A stretch of DNA of 64,000 bases from Bdellovibrionota bacterium. GTDB taxonomy: Bacteria; Bdellovibrionota; UBA1018; UBA923. This document shows, one piece after another, positions 9,516-19,734 of the stretch. Made by a program: the position numbers and the translations under genes. The stretch lies in the NCBI GenBank assembly GCA_040754655.1, contig JBFMCE010000003.1:1-64000 (forward strand), in the 5' to 3' direction. The notes below the pieces were generated by a model. That model made no database searches and was not told where the DNA came from. It was given only the letters and a program-made list of their open reading frames with translations. Within the stretch, counting starts at the first letter, position 1; each line of letters opens with the position of its first letter.

Positions 9516-10274
9516 CTAAGCGGGCGTTTGACCGCCATCGACCCTAACAACGCTTCCAGTGCAAAACGAGGCTTGGGTTGAAGCGAGAAAAACCACGAAA
9601 GAAGCGATTTCTTCTGGTTTTCCAAAACGTTTCATCGGTACGGCGGCTTGAATGTGTTGCTCGATCTTTTCTTTGTCTCGGGTCATGAGAGCTTCCCAGC
9701 GCCCACCCTCAGCATAAATATTTCCCGGGGCGACGAGGTTGAAGCGTATCGAGTCTTCAGCCAGTTCTTTTGAGGCAATTACGCAAAAGTGTTCAAGGGC
9801 GCTTTTGGCGGCACTATAGCTTACTGGGGCGCCTAACCTGGTTTGGCCTGCGATTGAAGAAATGCCCACGACCGAAGCTTTTCGCGAGGTTTTCAATAAA
9901 GGTCTGAACAATCGAAGAAGCCCTGCATGTGAAACCAAGTTGAGATTTAAAACCCGGTGCCATTCTTCGTCTGGGGTATCAAGGCCTGCGTGTGATGCCT
10001 GCCCACTCCCGACGTTTAAAACCAGGATGTCGAGGCTCGTCCATGTCTGCTCGACTTCCGAAAAGAACCTTTTTCGATCATCCCCACGCTCTAAGTCGCA
10101 GATAGTAAATTTACAGTTAGCAAGCGCCTTAGATGCCTTAAGAAGTTGCTTCTCGTCTCTGCCAGTGATCCAGACCTCGGCCCCTTCTTCAAAGAAAGCC
10201 TTGGCAATAGCAAACCCCATTCCCCGCGAGCTTCCGGCAATGGCCACGCGAGCGCCCTGCAATCCTAACTGCAT
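9516..10274 (-). CDS. SDR oxidoreductase
   Basis: AGSSRGMG, YSAAK, VAPGNI, VDGGQ. Confidence 0.88.
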   Translation of the reverse strand: MQLGLQGARVAIAGSSRGMGFAIAKAFFEEGAEVWITGRDEKQLLKASKALANCKFTICDLERGDDRKRFFSEVEQTWTSLDILVLNVGSGQASHAGLDTPDEEWHRVLNLNLVSHAGLLRLFRPLLKTSRKASVVGISSIAGQTRLGAPVSYSAAKSALEHFCVIASKELAEDSIRFNLVAPGNIYAEGGRWEALMTRDKEKIEQHIQAAVPMKRFGKPEEIASFVVFLASTQASFCTGSVVRVDGGQTPA

Positions 10275-11113
10275 AAGTTATTGATCCACTCTTTGACCAT
10301 GCGACGGTACTTCGCAGCCGCACCCAAATAGTCTTCCGAAGGTGCGGTTTGAAGAATGAAATCTTCGTTATAATGAGAAGCCTTCAGCCCCTTAAATGCG
10401 CGTTCAAAGTCAGTATTACCCGAAAGTAAAGGAACCGTTGTCCCGCCAAGCATACGGTCTTTGATGTGCACATTTAAAATCCGGTCACCAAAGGCCCGAC
10501 ACTCCGATAGCGCGTCATATCCGAGAGCGGCAGAATTGCCTAAGTCAAGATTTGCTCCCACATTCTTTGGAAGTTGATTTAAAAAATTCCGAAACTCAAC
10601 AGGTGCGAGGTCAGTTTCAACAGCGATACGCAAACCAAGCTCGCTGGCTTTCTCTGCAACCAGCGCAAGCCTCTCGACTGCAAGCGTTCTATCTTTGGGG
10701 TCCTGCAACGACGACGAGTCGACAAACGGGAATTCCACCAAAGGGCATTTGATCTGTCGAGCAATTTCCAAGAGCTCGAATGTTTTGGCCATGATGCCTT
10801 TGGCTTTCGATGAATCGCGCTCTACGAGCTTGTGGATCATGAAATAGTCAGCGCAAATAGATGCGAGGGCAATCCCAGACCGTTTCGATAGCGCCATCAG
10901 CTCTTGCCGCCCTGAGACGCTGACCAAGGGATTGTCTACGAGGTAGAGTTCATCATAAATAAGCTCGATGCATTCGAACTCAAGTGATTGAGCTCGCTCA
11001 AATTCTTCTCGCCAAGACTCGCGTGGGAAGGCTTGAATGCGATCAGAGGGCTTTGGTGAGAGCCTTCCCTGCATGAATCCTACTCTGTGCGGGATTTTGC
11101 TTTGAAGAAGCAC
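10265..11113 (-). CDS. Sugar-phosphate isomerase/epimerase (TIM barrel, UlaE/hexulose-6-P isomerase-like)
   Basis: GFMQGRLSP N-terminus; metal-ligand motifs AVET, DLGN, HIKDR. Confidence 0.8.
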   Translation of the reverse strand: MLLQSKIPHRVGFMQGRLSPKPSDRIQAFPRESWREEFERAQSLEFECIELIYDELYLVDNPLVSVSGRQELMALSKRSGIALASICADYFMIHKLVERDSSKAKGIMAKTFELLEIARQIKCPLVEFPFVDSSSLQDPKDRTLAVERLALVAEKASELGLRIAVETDLAPVEFRNFLNQLPKNVGANLDLGNSAALGYDALSECRAFGDRILNVHIKDRMLGGTTVPLLSGNTDFERAFKGLKASHYNEDFILQTAPSEDYLGAAAKYRRMVKEWINNLCS

Positions 11114-11119
11114 GTTTGT

Positions 11120-11977
11120 TTAGGCCTCGAAATAACGCAGCTTCTTTGCCACTGCCTTTTCAGCGTCGCCGAAAGTTTTTTCGCCGGTGCCAAAAGCCCC
11201 TTCCATAGCGCGAATGTATTTTGTCAAAATCTCAAGTCCACGTGACTCAAGAGAAGCCGCCTGATCACTGCCATACATCGCGCGATCAAGCGTGATGTGT
11301 CTTTCGATCGCATCGGCTCCGAGTGCTGCAGCCAACATAGAGGGCAATACCCCTGCTTCATGGCCACTATAGCCAACAGGGCATTTGTAGCGTTCCCGCA
11401 ACGAGAGCATCACAGCCACATTGGTTTCATTTTCCGCACAAGGGTAAGTCGAGACGGTGTGCATCAAAGTGTATTTGCAGTTTTGTTTTTCAAAAATTTC
11501 TACGGCGCGATCAACTTCTGGATAGCCGCACATCCCCGTCGAAATAAAAGTATGCTTTTTCTCGGAAGCAACGCGCTCTACAAACTTCCAGTGCGTCAGC
11601 ATCGCAGAAGCGATCTTGTTATGAGCGCAATTGAATTTTTCTAAGAAATCTTGGCTGCCTAAATCCCATGCCGAAGCAAACCAACCGATACCGACCTCTT
11701 TGCAATAACGGTCGATTTCTTTGTACTGGTCTTGATTGAATTCAAGTCCCATCTTTTGTTCACGTTGGGTTGTCCCCCACGGGCTCTCTCTGGTCTGAGA
11801 AAGTACTTCTTGCGTGTACACGACGTTGATGTCGCGCTTCTGGAACTTCACGTAGTCGCAGCTATTCTTTTTGGCCATATCAATGAGTTGTTTTGCGATC
11901 TCCACACTTCCGTTGTGATTGATTCCGATTTCTGCGATGATGGCGCATTTAGAATTGGGGCGTTTTACAGCAAACAT
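11120..11977 (-). CDS. neuB: Nonulosonic acid synthase, short form lacking the C-terminal SAF/antifreeze-like domain
   Basis: IIAEIGINHNG, VKFQKR, STYP, GYSGHE, IERHITLDR..GSDQ; only 285 aa. Confidence 0.9.
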   Translation of the reverse strand: MFAVKRPNSKCAIIAEIGINHNGSVEIAKQLIDMAKKNSCDYVKFQKRDINVVYTQEVLSQTRESPWGTTQREQKMGLEFNQDQYKEIDRYCKEVGIGWFASAWDLGSQDFLEKFNCAHNKIASAMLTHWKFVERVASEKKHTFISTGMCGYPEVDRAVEIFEKQNCKYTLMHTVSTYPCAENETNVAVMLSLRERYKCPVGYSGHEAGVLPSMLAAALGADAIERHITLDRAMYGSDQAASLESRGLEILTKYIRAMEGAFGTGEKTFGDAEKAVAKKLRYFEA

Positions 11978-11992
11978 GATTCAGGTCCTTTC

Positions 11993-12007
11993 CTAAGAAT
12001 TTCTTAG
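11993..12007. promoter_or_regulatory. Perfect 7-1-7 palindrome in a divergent promoter region (possible operator)
   Basis: CTAAGAA-T-TTCTTAG between neuB and the tandem GT4 gene. Confidence 0.35.
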
Positions 12008-12075
12008 ACGCTCTAGACAGAGAATCATGCTACATTTGTGGGCGGATTGCTAATGGAAAGTGTGGCCTAAAGTCA

Positions 12076-14169
12076 ATGGATTCGAGGCGTTTTAGAGTAT
12101 ATCTTACGGGCGGTGACCTGCAAGGCTGGGCGCTCGACACCGACTTAAAGCTAGCGAAAAAAGCTTTGAGCGGGGTGGTGGATTTTGTCTCAGACCCACA
12201 CCATGCGGACGTGATCCACACGGTATGGCCAGAGCAGTTGCTCGAAAAACCCGAACTCGCCGAATTGCGAAAGGGTAAACCGATCGTCGCGACGTTTTCA
12301 AATGATCCCCACGCTCTATTTGAAAAGGTGCCGGGGCTCTATGACGATGCGAGCGAATGGTATTGCGTCGGGCAGTCGCGTGATGCGGTCCGAAAACTCA
12401 AAGAGTTGAGCATCCCTTCCGTCGAGTGTGTTCCTTATATCGCCGACCTCGAGTCTTTTAAACCCCTGCTGAAAGACGATCCAGAACTTTTAGCTTTAAA
12501 AGCAGAGCTCAAGATTCCGCGGGACAAGTACTTGATCGGGTCGTTTCAGCGAGATTCCTTGGGATCCAACCTTCGCCAGTTCAAGGCTCAAAAGGGTGCC
12601 GATGCCTTGTTGTCGATCGCATTGGGGCTGAAACAGCGCGTCGGCGCTAATGGATTCCATGTCGTTTTAGCTGGTCCTAGGCGGCATTGGATCATGGATG
12701 CGTTCGAGAAAAATGCGATCTCTTATTCCTTCGATGGGGAATTTCTCGGAGGCGATGATTACCCAAAGAACATCCGAAGCGCGGAAAGAATAAATCAGCT
12801 GAAGAACCTCTTGGATGTTTATCTGATCACAAGCCGTTGGGAAGGCGGACCCCGCGCGGTCTTAGAAGCTGCCGCGAGCAAGACGCCAGTGATCAGCACG
12901 GCGGTGGGAGTGGTTCCCGATATTTTGAATCCTGTCTGCATCTATAAAAATCTTTCACAGGCGATAGATCTGCTTGAATCTGATTTCAAGAGCCGACACC
13001 TTCGTGGTTACGTCGATGAACATTTCGTCACGGTAAACAAGAACCATAGCGTCGAAGCTATTCATGGTCTTTGGAAAAACTTTTATGCAAACCTTGGGAG
13101 TGAACTTAAGCCTTCCTCAAATCGGGATCAAATTGACCAGAAAATCCAGGGAAGGGGCGCCAACACCCATTTTTATTTCAAGAAGGCCCTCTTCAAGGCC
13201 TCCAAAGTAAAACAGAAACTGATTCAAAAAATCCGAAGCCAAAGCTCGCGCAAAGCGACCATCACTCTTTGGGGTGAGATGGTTGCAGGACCTTATGGCG
13301 GCGGCAGCCAAGTTTTAAAAGCAATCGCTCGCGAGCTTGAGTCTCGTGGCTTCGAGGTTTTAAACAATTCTTATACAGATGCCGACGGACACATCCTGAA
13401 TTCCGCTTTCTTTGACACCGAAAAACTCAAAACCGTGCTCGGGGCTTCCCAGAAAAAACCTAAAGTCGTGCACCGGATCGATGGTCCGATCTCGCTCTAC
13501 CGGGGCAAAGATCTTCATCTCGACCAGCAAATCTTCAGGTTGAACCGCGAGGCCGCCACTGCAACCGCGTTTCAATGCGTTTACTCGTGGCGTGAGTCGC
13601 TCAATATGGGATTTCGACCGGTCAATCCAATGATCATCCGAAACGCATGCGACCCGAGCCTGTTTTTTAAGCCAGTTTCGAAGGCTGGGCTAGATGCTTC
13701 GCGGAAAGTGAAATTGATCTCTACATGTTGGTCGACCAACAAGATCAAAGGCTTCGATGTTTACCGACACCTTGATGAGACTCTCGACTTTTCGAAATAT
13801 GATTACACTTTCGTCGGAAGATCACCGGTTGAGTTTAAGAACATCCGCCTCGTCGACGCGGTCGCGTCAAAAGAGCTTGGGGATTATTTGAGGCAGGCTG
13901 ATGTCTTCATAACAGCGAGCCGGAACGATCCAGCCTCGAATTCATTGCTAGAAGCGCTGAATTGCGGATTGCCTGCGATCTATGCCCAAAGTGGCGGGCA
14001 TAGCGAATTTACCTGGTTCGCCGGGCTTTCGTTTCAAGGCCCTCAAGAAATCGCCGGCCTTCTCGAGAGAATCGAACGAGACTATCGGAGCTATCAACTG
14101 TCTTGTTACTCCATTTCTATTTCGGAAGCCGTTGACAGTTATCTACAGGCGTTGGGTTTATGCCGATAA
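12076..14169 (+). CDS. Tandem two-domain GT4 glycosyltransferase
   Basis: Two GT4 signature regions: SRWEGGPRAVLEA and SRNDPASNSLLEA. Confidence 0.85.
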   Translation: MDSRRFRVYLTGGDLQGWALDTDLKLAKKALSGVVDFVSDPHHADVIHTVWPEQLLEKPELAELRKGKPIVATFSNDPHALFEKVPGLYDDASEWYCVGQSRDAVRKLKELSIPSVECVPYIADLESFKPLLKDDPELLALKAELKIPRDKYLIGSFQRDSLGSNLRQFKAQKGADALLSIALGLKQRVGANGFHVVLAGPRRHWIMDAFEKNAISYSFDGEFLGGDDYPKNIRSAERINQLKNLLDVYLITSRWEGGPRAVLEAAASKTPVISTAVGVVPDILNPVCIYKNLSQAIDLLESDFKSRHLRGYVDEHFVTVNKNHSVEAIHGLWKNFYANLGSELKPSSNRDQIDQKIQGRGANTHFYFKKALFKASKVKQKLIQKIRSQSSRKATITLWGEMVAGPYGGGSQVLKAIARELESRGFEVLNNSYTDADGHILNSAFFDTEKLKTVLGASQKKPKVVHRIDGPISLYRGKDLHLDQQIFRLNREAATATAFQCVYSWRESLNMGFRPVNPMIIRNACDPSLFFKPVSKAGLDASRKVKLISTCWSTNKIKGFDVYRHLDETLDFSKYDYTFVGRSPVEFKNIRLVDAVASKELGDYLRQADVFITASRNDPASNSLLEALNCGLPAIYAQSGGHSEFTWFAGLSFQGPQEIAGLLERIERDYRSYQLSCYSISISEAVDSYLQALGLCR

Positions 14170-15137
14170 ACGCAAATGAACCTTTTTTCACCATCGTAAC
14201 CGCGATCAAAGATGGTTTGCTCTTTTTCCGCGAGACGGCCCCTACGATTTTGAACCAGACGTTTAATGATTGGGAGTGGATCATTGTAGATGATGGTTCC
14301 ACTGAACCGATCCAAGCCTTTGTTGAGTCGTGGACTGAATCCCGAGTGCGGTATATCCGCAATGAAACGAGCATTGGGCAAACGCGCAGCTTGAACCTGG
14401 GTATTCGAGAGAGCAAGGCGCAGTGGATCGTGCGCATGGACGCAGACGACCTGGCTGAGCGGGATCGTCTTTCAGAGCTCTATCGGTATTTAACCCAGGT
14501 ATCACCCCATTACCGGGGCTTGGTTTTTTCGGATTACCATGTCATCGATCAAGACGGGATGCCTATTGCGACCGTTCGTTATAACGATCAAAAGAGCGAC
14601 AATCTTCTAGGATACTTGCCGAGAAACAACCCGATCTGTCATCCGACCGTGGCGTTCTACAAGACTGGTCCTTCAGGGGGCTTGTATTCTTTCGATGAAA
14701 CTCTTTTCAACGCCCAAGACTATGCCCTCTGGAAGAAAATGATTCAAGACTACGGAAATTCGATTCTCCACGTGCCGCTGCCTCTGGTTCATTATCGCTT
14801 GGTGAGAGAATCGCTTTCGAGTGCTCGCATTAAAGAGCAGCTCCTCGAGCTAGAGTCTATCCGCGCGTCTGGGTCGGGGCCGGGCGCTCAGCGGGAGACG
14901 ATTTCCGGCGTTAGTCTTTCAAGCTCTAAACAAGAAAGCATGCAGGCCTATCGTTCGAGTTATTACAAGTTTATCGGAAATGATCTGCAGAGCGCGAAAC
15001 TGGGTTGGATAGATCTGAGAGACCTCGTCAGAACGGTTTTGTATCCTCGTTTTTTTTGGAGGGCGTTTGTTTTCACGATGATGCGGCCATTCCGGGCTAG
15101 GCTAAAAAAAATCTTGTTCAACGGGGTCTATAAATGA
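14160..15137 (+). CDS. GT2 glycosyltransferase
   Basis: IIVDDGST, SLNLG, RMDADD, HPTV, QDYALW. Confidence 0.9.
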   Translation: MPINANEPFFTIVTAIKDGLLFFRETAPTILNQTFNDWEWIIVDDGSTEPIQAFVESWTESRVRYIRNETSIGQTRSLNLGIRESKAQWIVRMDADDLAERDRLSELYRYLTQVSPHYRGLVFSDYHVIDQDGMPIATVRYNDQKSDNLLGYLPRNNPICHPTVAFYKTGPSGGLYSFDETLFNAQDYALWKKMIQDYGNSILHVPLPLVHYRLVRESLSSARIKEQLLELESIRASGSGPGAQRETISGVSLSSSKQESMQAYRSSYYKFIGNDLQSAKLGWIDLRDLVRTVLYPRFFWRAFVFTMMRPFRARLKKILFNGVYK

Positions 15138-16720
15138 ACCTCTCGGGCCGAATGCTTCGATCCAAAGACAGGTATACCGCATGGATGGCAGTTTTCTTGA
15201 TCACGCTTTTCTTCGTGGGAGCACAGCTTTTCTATATCAAGTTTCGTGCTCCCTACGGTTTTGACGAGGGAGTATTCTGGCAGACCATTCTTTCCCTGGG
15301 AGACGGGAGCAAATTGTACTCCGAAATCTTTTATGCCCAGCTGCCGCTGTTCATCCATTGGGCAAAACTCTTGTTTGATATCGGAGGGCAATCGATCGAG
15401 GCTGCCCGTTTGGGCATCGTCATCACCTCGGCTGTGGCGATACCGGCGATGTATCTCATCGGGAGCCGGCTAGCGGGTGCCCAAACAGGCCTTCTTGCCG
15501 CATTTTCGATGGCGATCAACTCCTCGTTTTTTCACAGTGCTCACGTTCTTGGCGGAAACGCTCCTTCGGTGGCATTTCTCGCTTTGAGTTTTGCATTGCT
15601 TTTGGTTGCGATTCCGCGGCCTGAGCGGATCGGCAGTCAAAGTGGGCGCGCAATTCGCGCAGAACCCGAGATTCGAGGATTGCCTTTTTTCGGAGCGATG
15701 CTTGCGATGAGCATCAGCTTGCAATTCAAGCTCATCGCGATCGGGGCCCTGCCGGCTGCGTATTATTTGATTTACCATTGCGCGGGTTACCGAAAACGCC
15801 CCAACAAAAAAGATTTCTTCTTGCTGCTGCTCAAAACAACTTTGATTGGCGCTTTACTTGTTTTTGGGGGCGTATTTATTTTCGATCAACAGGGGCTGGT
15901 GTTTTCTCAGCTCAATGGAGGAGCGCTTTCAAAAGACTTAGTGGATAACCATGCTTTGCGACCGGTCTATACTCTGGCGGAAAAGGCCTATATTTTCTTC
16001 AGCAATGAATGGTCGTATCATCGCGGGAACTTTCTTTTACCCATTGCCTGCCTCGTGCTCTTGTACCAGTCGAGTCGAAGAAAGGTTGAACATGCCGATG
16101 CAACGAAGCTTGTTCTTCTTTTCCTGCCAGTGCTTTCGCTGCCTCTCTTTGTTCATCCGAGGGCATGGCCCCATCATTTTGTGATACTGTCTCCGCTACT
16201 TTGCCTGGCATTGGTGATTTTATGGATGTCTACGCGTGAAACTCGCGCCTTTGGGCCCTTCCCGGGCCGCGTCTTGAATAACCTGGTTCGTGTTTTTTGC
16301 TTGGCGTGCGTGGGGTTGGATTTGCTCCTGATTTTGCTTCCGATCCCAAAGCTTGAGCCCAGGGCCGAAGAGCTGTTCATCAAACCTTTCAAAGAAGTGA
16401 CCAGCGCTTTGAAAAATAGCACTCAAAGCGGTGACTACGTTATTACAGACCACCAATTCATCGCGGCATCATTGGGTTTGCGCATTCCTGCCGCGGTGAT
16501 TGACACGTCTGGAGTCAGGGTGGGAGCAAGGTCGTTGACTTGCGCTAAGCTTTTCAAAGAGCTGCTGAGCGGCAAGGTTAGGGCTGTGTTGATCACGAAG
16601 CGGCTTAAGCGCATCGATTGTGGCGAGGAAAATCTTTATCGTGAGGTACAAAGGCATTTCCCGATCCGAGAAGACTTTGGGGTCGGAGCGGTTTTATTCA
16701 GTCGGAAGCGATCTTCATGA
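15134..16720 (+). CDS. Multi-TM GT-C fold glycosyltransferase (ArnT/PMT-like)
   Basis: FDEG motif after TM1, QLPLF loop, about 12 hydrophobic segments and a periplasmic tail. Confidence 0.7.
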   Translation: MNLSGRMLRSKDRYTAWMAVFLITLFFVGAQLFYIKFRAPYGFDEGVFWQTILSLGDGSKLYSEIFYAQLPLFIHWAKLLFDIGGQSIEAARLGIVITSAVAIPAMYLIGSRLAGAQTGLLAAFSMAINSSFFHSAHVLGGNAPSVAFLALSFALLLVAIPRPERIGSQSGRAIRAEPEIRGLPFFGAMLAMSISLQFKLIAIGALPAAYYLIYHCAGYRKRPNKKDFFLLLLKTTLIGALLVFGGVFIFDQQGLVFSQLNGGALSKDLVDNHALRPVYTLAEKAYIFFSNEWSYHRGNFLLPIACLVLLYQSSRRKVEHADATKLVLLFLPVLSLPLFVHPRAWPHHFVILSPLLCLALVILWMSTRETRAFGPFPGRVLNNLVRVFCLACVGLDLLLILLPIPKLEPRAEELFIKPFKEVTSALKNSTQSGDYVITDHQFIAASLGLRIPAAVIDTSGVRVGARSLTCAKLFKELLSGKVRAVLITKRLKRIDCGEENLYREVQRHFPIREDFGVGAVLFSRKRSS

Positions 16721-17784
16721 AAAAAATTAAAATGGTTTTAAGCATCGGACGCCAGTTTCTTGAATTGCTTTTCACCTTGAAGCCCAAAGAGAAATCGCGA
16801 ACACCCATAAAGGTGCTCGCAAAACCTGCTTTCTTGGGTGGGCCGGCGACGAAGGTTTCTCAACTGACCGAGATAATGGCGCACCGAAGGCAGCATTATT
16901 CCTCGGTCTTTTGTCTTTCGGCGGTTCATACGCCGATTTTTCTTTTAAGGATTTTGAAGCTTCTGGGCGCTAAGGTCGTCGTCAATCAAAACGGCGTTTA
17001 TTATCCCAGTTGGTTCCCTCTCGGATGGGAGGAAAAGAACGCTTATCTCAGAAGGTTGAACGTGCTTTCTGATCATACTTTTTTTCAAAGCGAGTTCGCA
17101 TTGCGAAGTTACAAACAGTGGGTTGGCGATTTGCCCAAAAACTATTCCATCCTTCATAATCCCGTAGACACGAGAAAGTTTTTGCCACTCGAGGAAGGGG
17201 CGCTAAAGAATAATGCGCTTCGAGTCTTGGTATTCGCGGACGTGTCTGAGTTTACCGAGCCCTTGTGGCAATGCGTAAAGGGACTGCTGCATTACATGGA
17301 GTTTCACCCCTTGGAACGCGTCAGCGTTGAGTGGACTTTGATGGGAAGAATCCTTTCCGGAAAGGTGTTTGATCGCCACCAATTGGGAGAGCTTGATAAG
17401 ATCGAAAAATTAAAGATAAAGATGGTTTGGGAACCCGAAGCTCATGTCGTTCCCGAGAGAATCCGAGAGCATGATGTCGCGCTACACCTGGTGTACAATG
17501 ACGTTTGCCCCAACAAAGTATTGGAGTGCCTCGCCTCAGGGCTCGGAGTGATCGGCTTGAGCGCCGGAGGAACGGTCGAACTGGTCGGCGACGCGGGAAT
17601 TACTCTCAACGTCCCTCAAGGCTTCGGGAAACCGGCATTCCCGGCTTACTCTGAACTTCGAGAAGCGCTTTCATCCTATTTTGCGCAAAAACAAGAATAC
17701 CGCCGCAGGGCGGTCCTGCGAGCACAACAGTTTGATTTGACTTTGTGGCATGAAAAAGTTCGAAAAGAATGCTTACGGTCTTAA
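16717..17784 (+). CDS. GT4 glycosyltransferase
   Basis: HNPVD, DVCPNKVLECLASG, GGTVELVG. Confidence 0.85.
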   Translation: MKKIKMVLSIGRQFLELLFTLKPKEKSRTPIKVLAKPAFLGGPATKVSQLTEIMAHRRQHYSSVFCLSAVHTPIFLLRILKLLGAKVVVNQNGVYYPSWFPLGWEEKNAYLRRLNVLSDHTFFQSEFALRSYKQWVGDLPKNYSILHNPVDTRKFLPLEEGALKNNALRVLVFADVSEFTEPLWQCVKGLLHYMEFHPLERVSVEWTLMGRILSGKVFDRHQLGELDKIEKLKIKMVWEPEAHVVPERIREHDVALHLVYNDVCPNKVLECLASGLGVIGLSAGGTVELVGDAGITLNVPQGFGKPAFPAYSELREALSSYFAQKQEYRRRAVLRAQQFDLTLWHEKVRKECLRS

Positions 17785-19734
17785 CTTACGCTCCAGATGG
17801 CGTGCGATCCTTTCCGCGGATTTTCCATCCAAAGGCCCGGTGTGCTGGGTGACGTAATTCAACGACATCCGGATTTGCCTCTGGCATCTCTCGCCACCGC
17901 TGAGCATTTCTTGAAAGAGATCTACTAGGTTATCCTCAGGCCCTGCTACGGGAATACCGGCTTCAGAAGCATAGTGCGTTTGTTTTTCAAGCTCTGCCTG
18001 AACGTGACGAGGCTGAATGGATACGATCGGAGTTTGAGAGAGAATGAGCTGGGAGGTGGCGCTGCTGAAGGGAACGATCACGAGATCGCAACCAGAAGCA
18101 AGTTCGATGAGATCCGCCGAATGGATGATTTTGGGCATGCGCGAAACTAGCCTTGCGATCTGTTTTTCGAGTGCGACCGGGTCTTGTTGCGGATGCGCCT
18201 TTACGAGAACTTCTGCGTTTAGCGCTGCGGCTGCCGCTAAACTTGAGCGATAAAACGCGTCAAGGTCGCGCGCGGAATACCACTCATCCGGATAAGTGGC
18301 GAGAATCAAAAAGATAGGGGCTTCTTTGTCGAAATTATAGTGCGCCACAAGTGCATCTTTTTGCACTTGTCGGTTGAGCTTCGACACTTTGTCTACAAGA
18401 GGATCTCCTACGACTTCAATTTGATCTGGCTTACATGCTCTTTCATTCACAAAGCCCGTCGCCAGAAACGAGCCGCTCGTGCCAAAGTGCCTGCTGAGCC
18501 TACGCACCAGCCCGATGAAGGGCGAAGGAGAAAGAAAGGAATACGATACTGTGGGAATCCCTTTTCGTTCAGCTTCAAGCGTGAAGGCCCGGTTGATGTC
18601 CCATTCTTCGAAGTGGACGATCAAATCGGGCGAAAAGTGATCGATGCAGCGTTTTGATGTCTCTGCGTGAAGCGCCGTAACCGGGCTTGCTTCACTGATC
18701 ATTTCCTCTAGGAATGGCTGTACCAAAGGAGCAAGCTCAACTCCCTTGTACTGCAAGCTGAAGGCTGCCGTCCGGAAAACAGGCAGAACGCCTTTAATCT
18801 TCGCTGAAACCTCTCTCACGATTCGTTTTGTTTCTTCTCGTGATATGAATCCGGACGCAGCCACGATCTTCACGCCGCGATTTTCGAGCCTGCCAAGAAG
18901 GGTGTCTCGCTCTAGGTCTTTGCCTACGAAGTCAGTTGCCACGATAAACTCTGCATCCAGGGTCTGACCAAAGGTTTCAAGTAACGCCTCTAGACGCCTG
19001 AGTGTGCGTTCTTTGTATGCGACGAAGAGAAGCCGAGGTTTTTCTTTTGCGTGAACGTCTTGGCGCTTGGGTTCGGTTGGAGTGAAGGTGAGCCAGTCTT
19101 TAAGCATGTAGTCGTAGTCGATCTTAGGGGATGCATCAAGGCCTTGGATGAGTTCCAATAGTTTCGACTCAAGGGAATCCTCGCCAGGAACTTTGATTTC
19201 TTTTCTCGGGAGCATTCTTTGGAAGATCAGTTCTGGTACAGAGTTTCTGGAAAAAGTAAAATATTCCAAGTCTGGTTCTTCGTGAGTCAAGTCCCTGAAT
19301 GCCTCGACGTAAACGATATAGTTGGCAAGAATTTGAAAGGCCCACCTGGGTTCGGAGATTTTGAAGACAGAGCTTCCTCTCCAGGCAAGACCTGATTTTT
19401 CGCCAGCCACTTGAGCAAAGGCTTCGAGTTGGTCGGCGAAGTTGTGCAAAGGAGTGTAGTCGGTTTGATGAATGACTCCGGGTAAAATATCTTGATATTG
19501 GCAAAGACCGGTTCGGACGCTTCCCGGCAAATTCTCGCTAACGGCCTTGCTAATCAACCCTCGCCAGTGCGCGTTAGGAGCCTGTTTGAAAATGCGGGCT
19601 ATTTGTCGCTTGATGACGAGGCTCCCAAGCGCTTTCAACGCCAACCTTGGAACGCGTGCATAACGCCGTCTTCCGATGGGGAAGATATGATTTGCGGTTA
19701 CAAGAACCGCTTCAATGGCTGGTTGTTTTCTCAA
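17773..19734 (-). CDS. GT-B-like surface carbohydrate biosynthesis protein (candidate ulosonate transferase)
   Basis: C-terminal VVGDP, VKAHP, SSAT and DGKSAERI pattern typical of GT-B, UDP-GlcNAc 2-epimerase and TagF-like folds. Confidence 0.55.
   Translation of the reverse strand: MRKQPAIEAVLVTANHIFPIGRRRYARVPRLALKALGSLVIKRQIARIFKQAPNAHWRGLISKAVSENLPGSVRTGLCQYQDILPGVIHQTDYTPLHNFADQLEAFAQVAGEKSGLAWRGSSVFKISEPRWAFQILANYIVYVEAFRDLTHEEPDLEYFTFSRNSVPELIFQRMLPRKEIKVPGEDSLESKLLELIQGLDASPKIDYDYMLKDWLTFTPTEPKRQDVHAKEKPRLLFVAYKERTLRRLEALLETFGQTLDAEFIVATDFVGKDLERDTLLGRLENRGVKIVAASGFISREETKRIVREVSAKIKGVLPVFRTAAFSLQYKGVELAPLVQPFLEEMISEASPVTALHAETSKRCIDHFSPDLIVHFEEWDINRAFTLEAERKGIPTVSYSFLSPSPFIGLVRRLSRHFGTSGSFLATGFVNERACKPDQIEVVGDPLVDKVSKLNRQVQKDALVAHYNFDKEAPIFLILATYPDEWYSARDLDAFYRSSLAAAAALNAEVLVKAHPQQDPVALEKQIARLVSRMPKIIHSADLIELASGCDLVIVPFSSATSQLILSQTPIVSIQPRHVQAELEKQTHYASEAGIPVAGPEDNLVDLFQEMLSGGERCQRQIRMSLNYVTQHTGPLDGKSAERIARHLERKLRP

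Noticed and set aside
15050..15111. T8 and A8 homopolymers in the GT2 gene as phase-variation tracts (a similar T8 lies near 38274)
   Set aside because: The runs are short, A/T only and the frames are intact; no long G/C tracts or frameshifted genes were seen.
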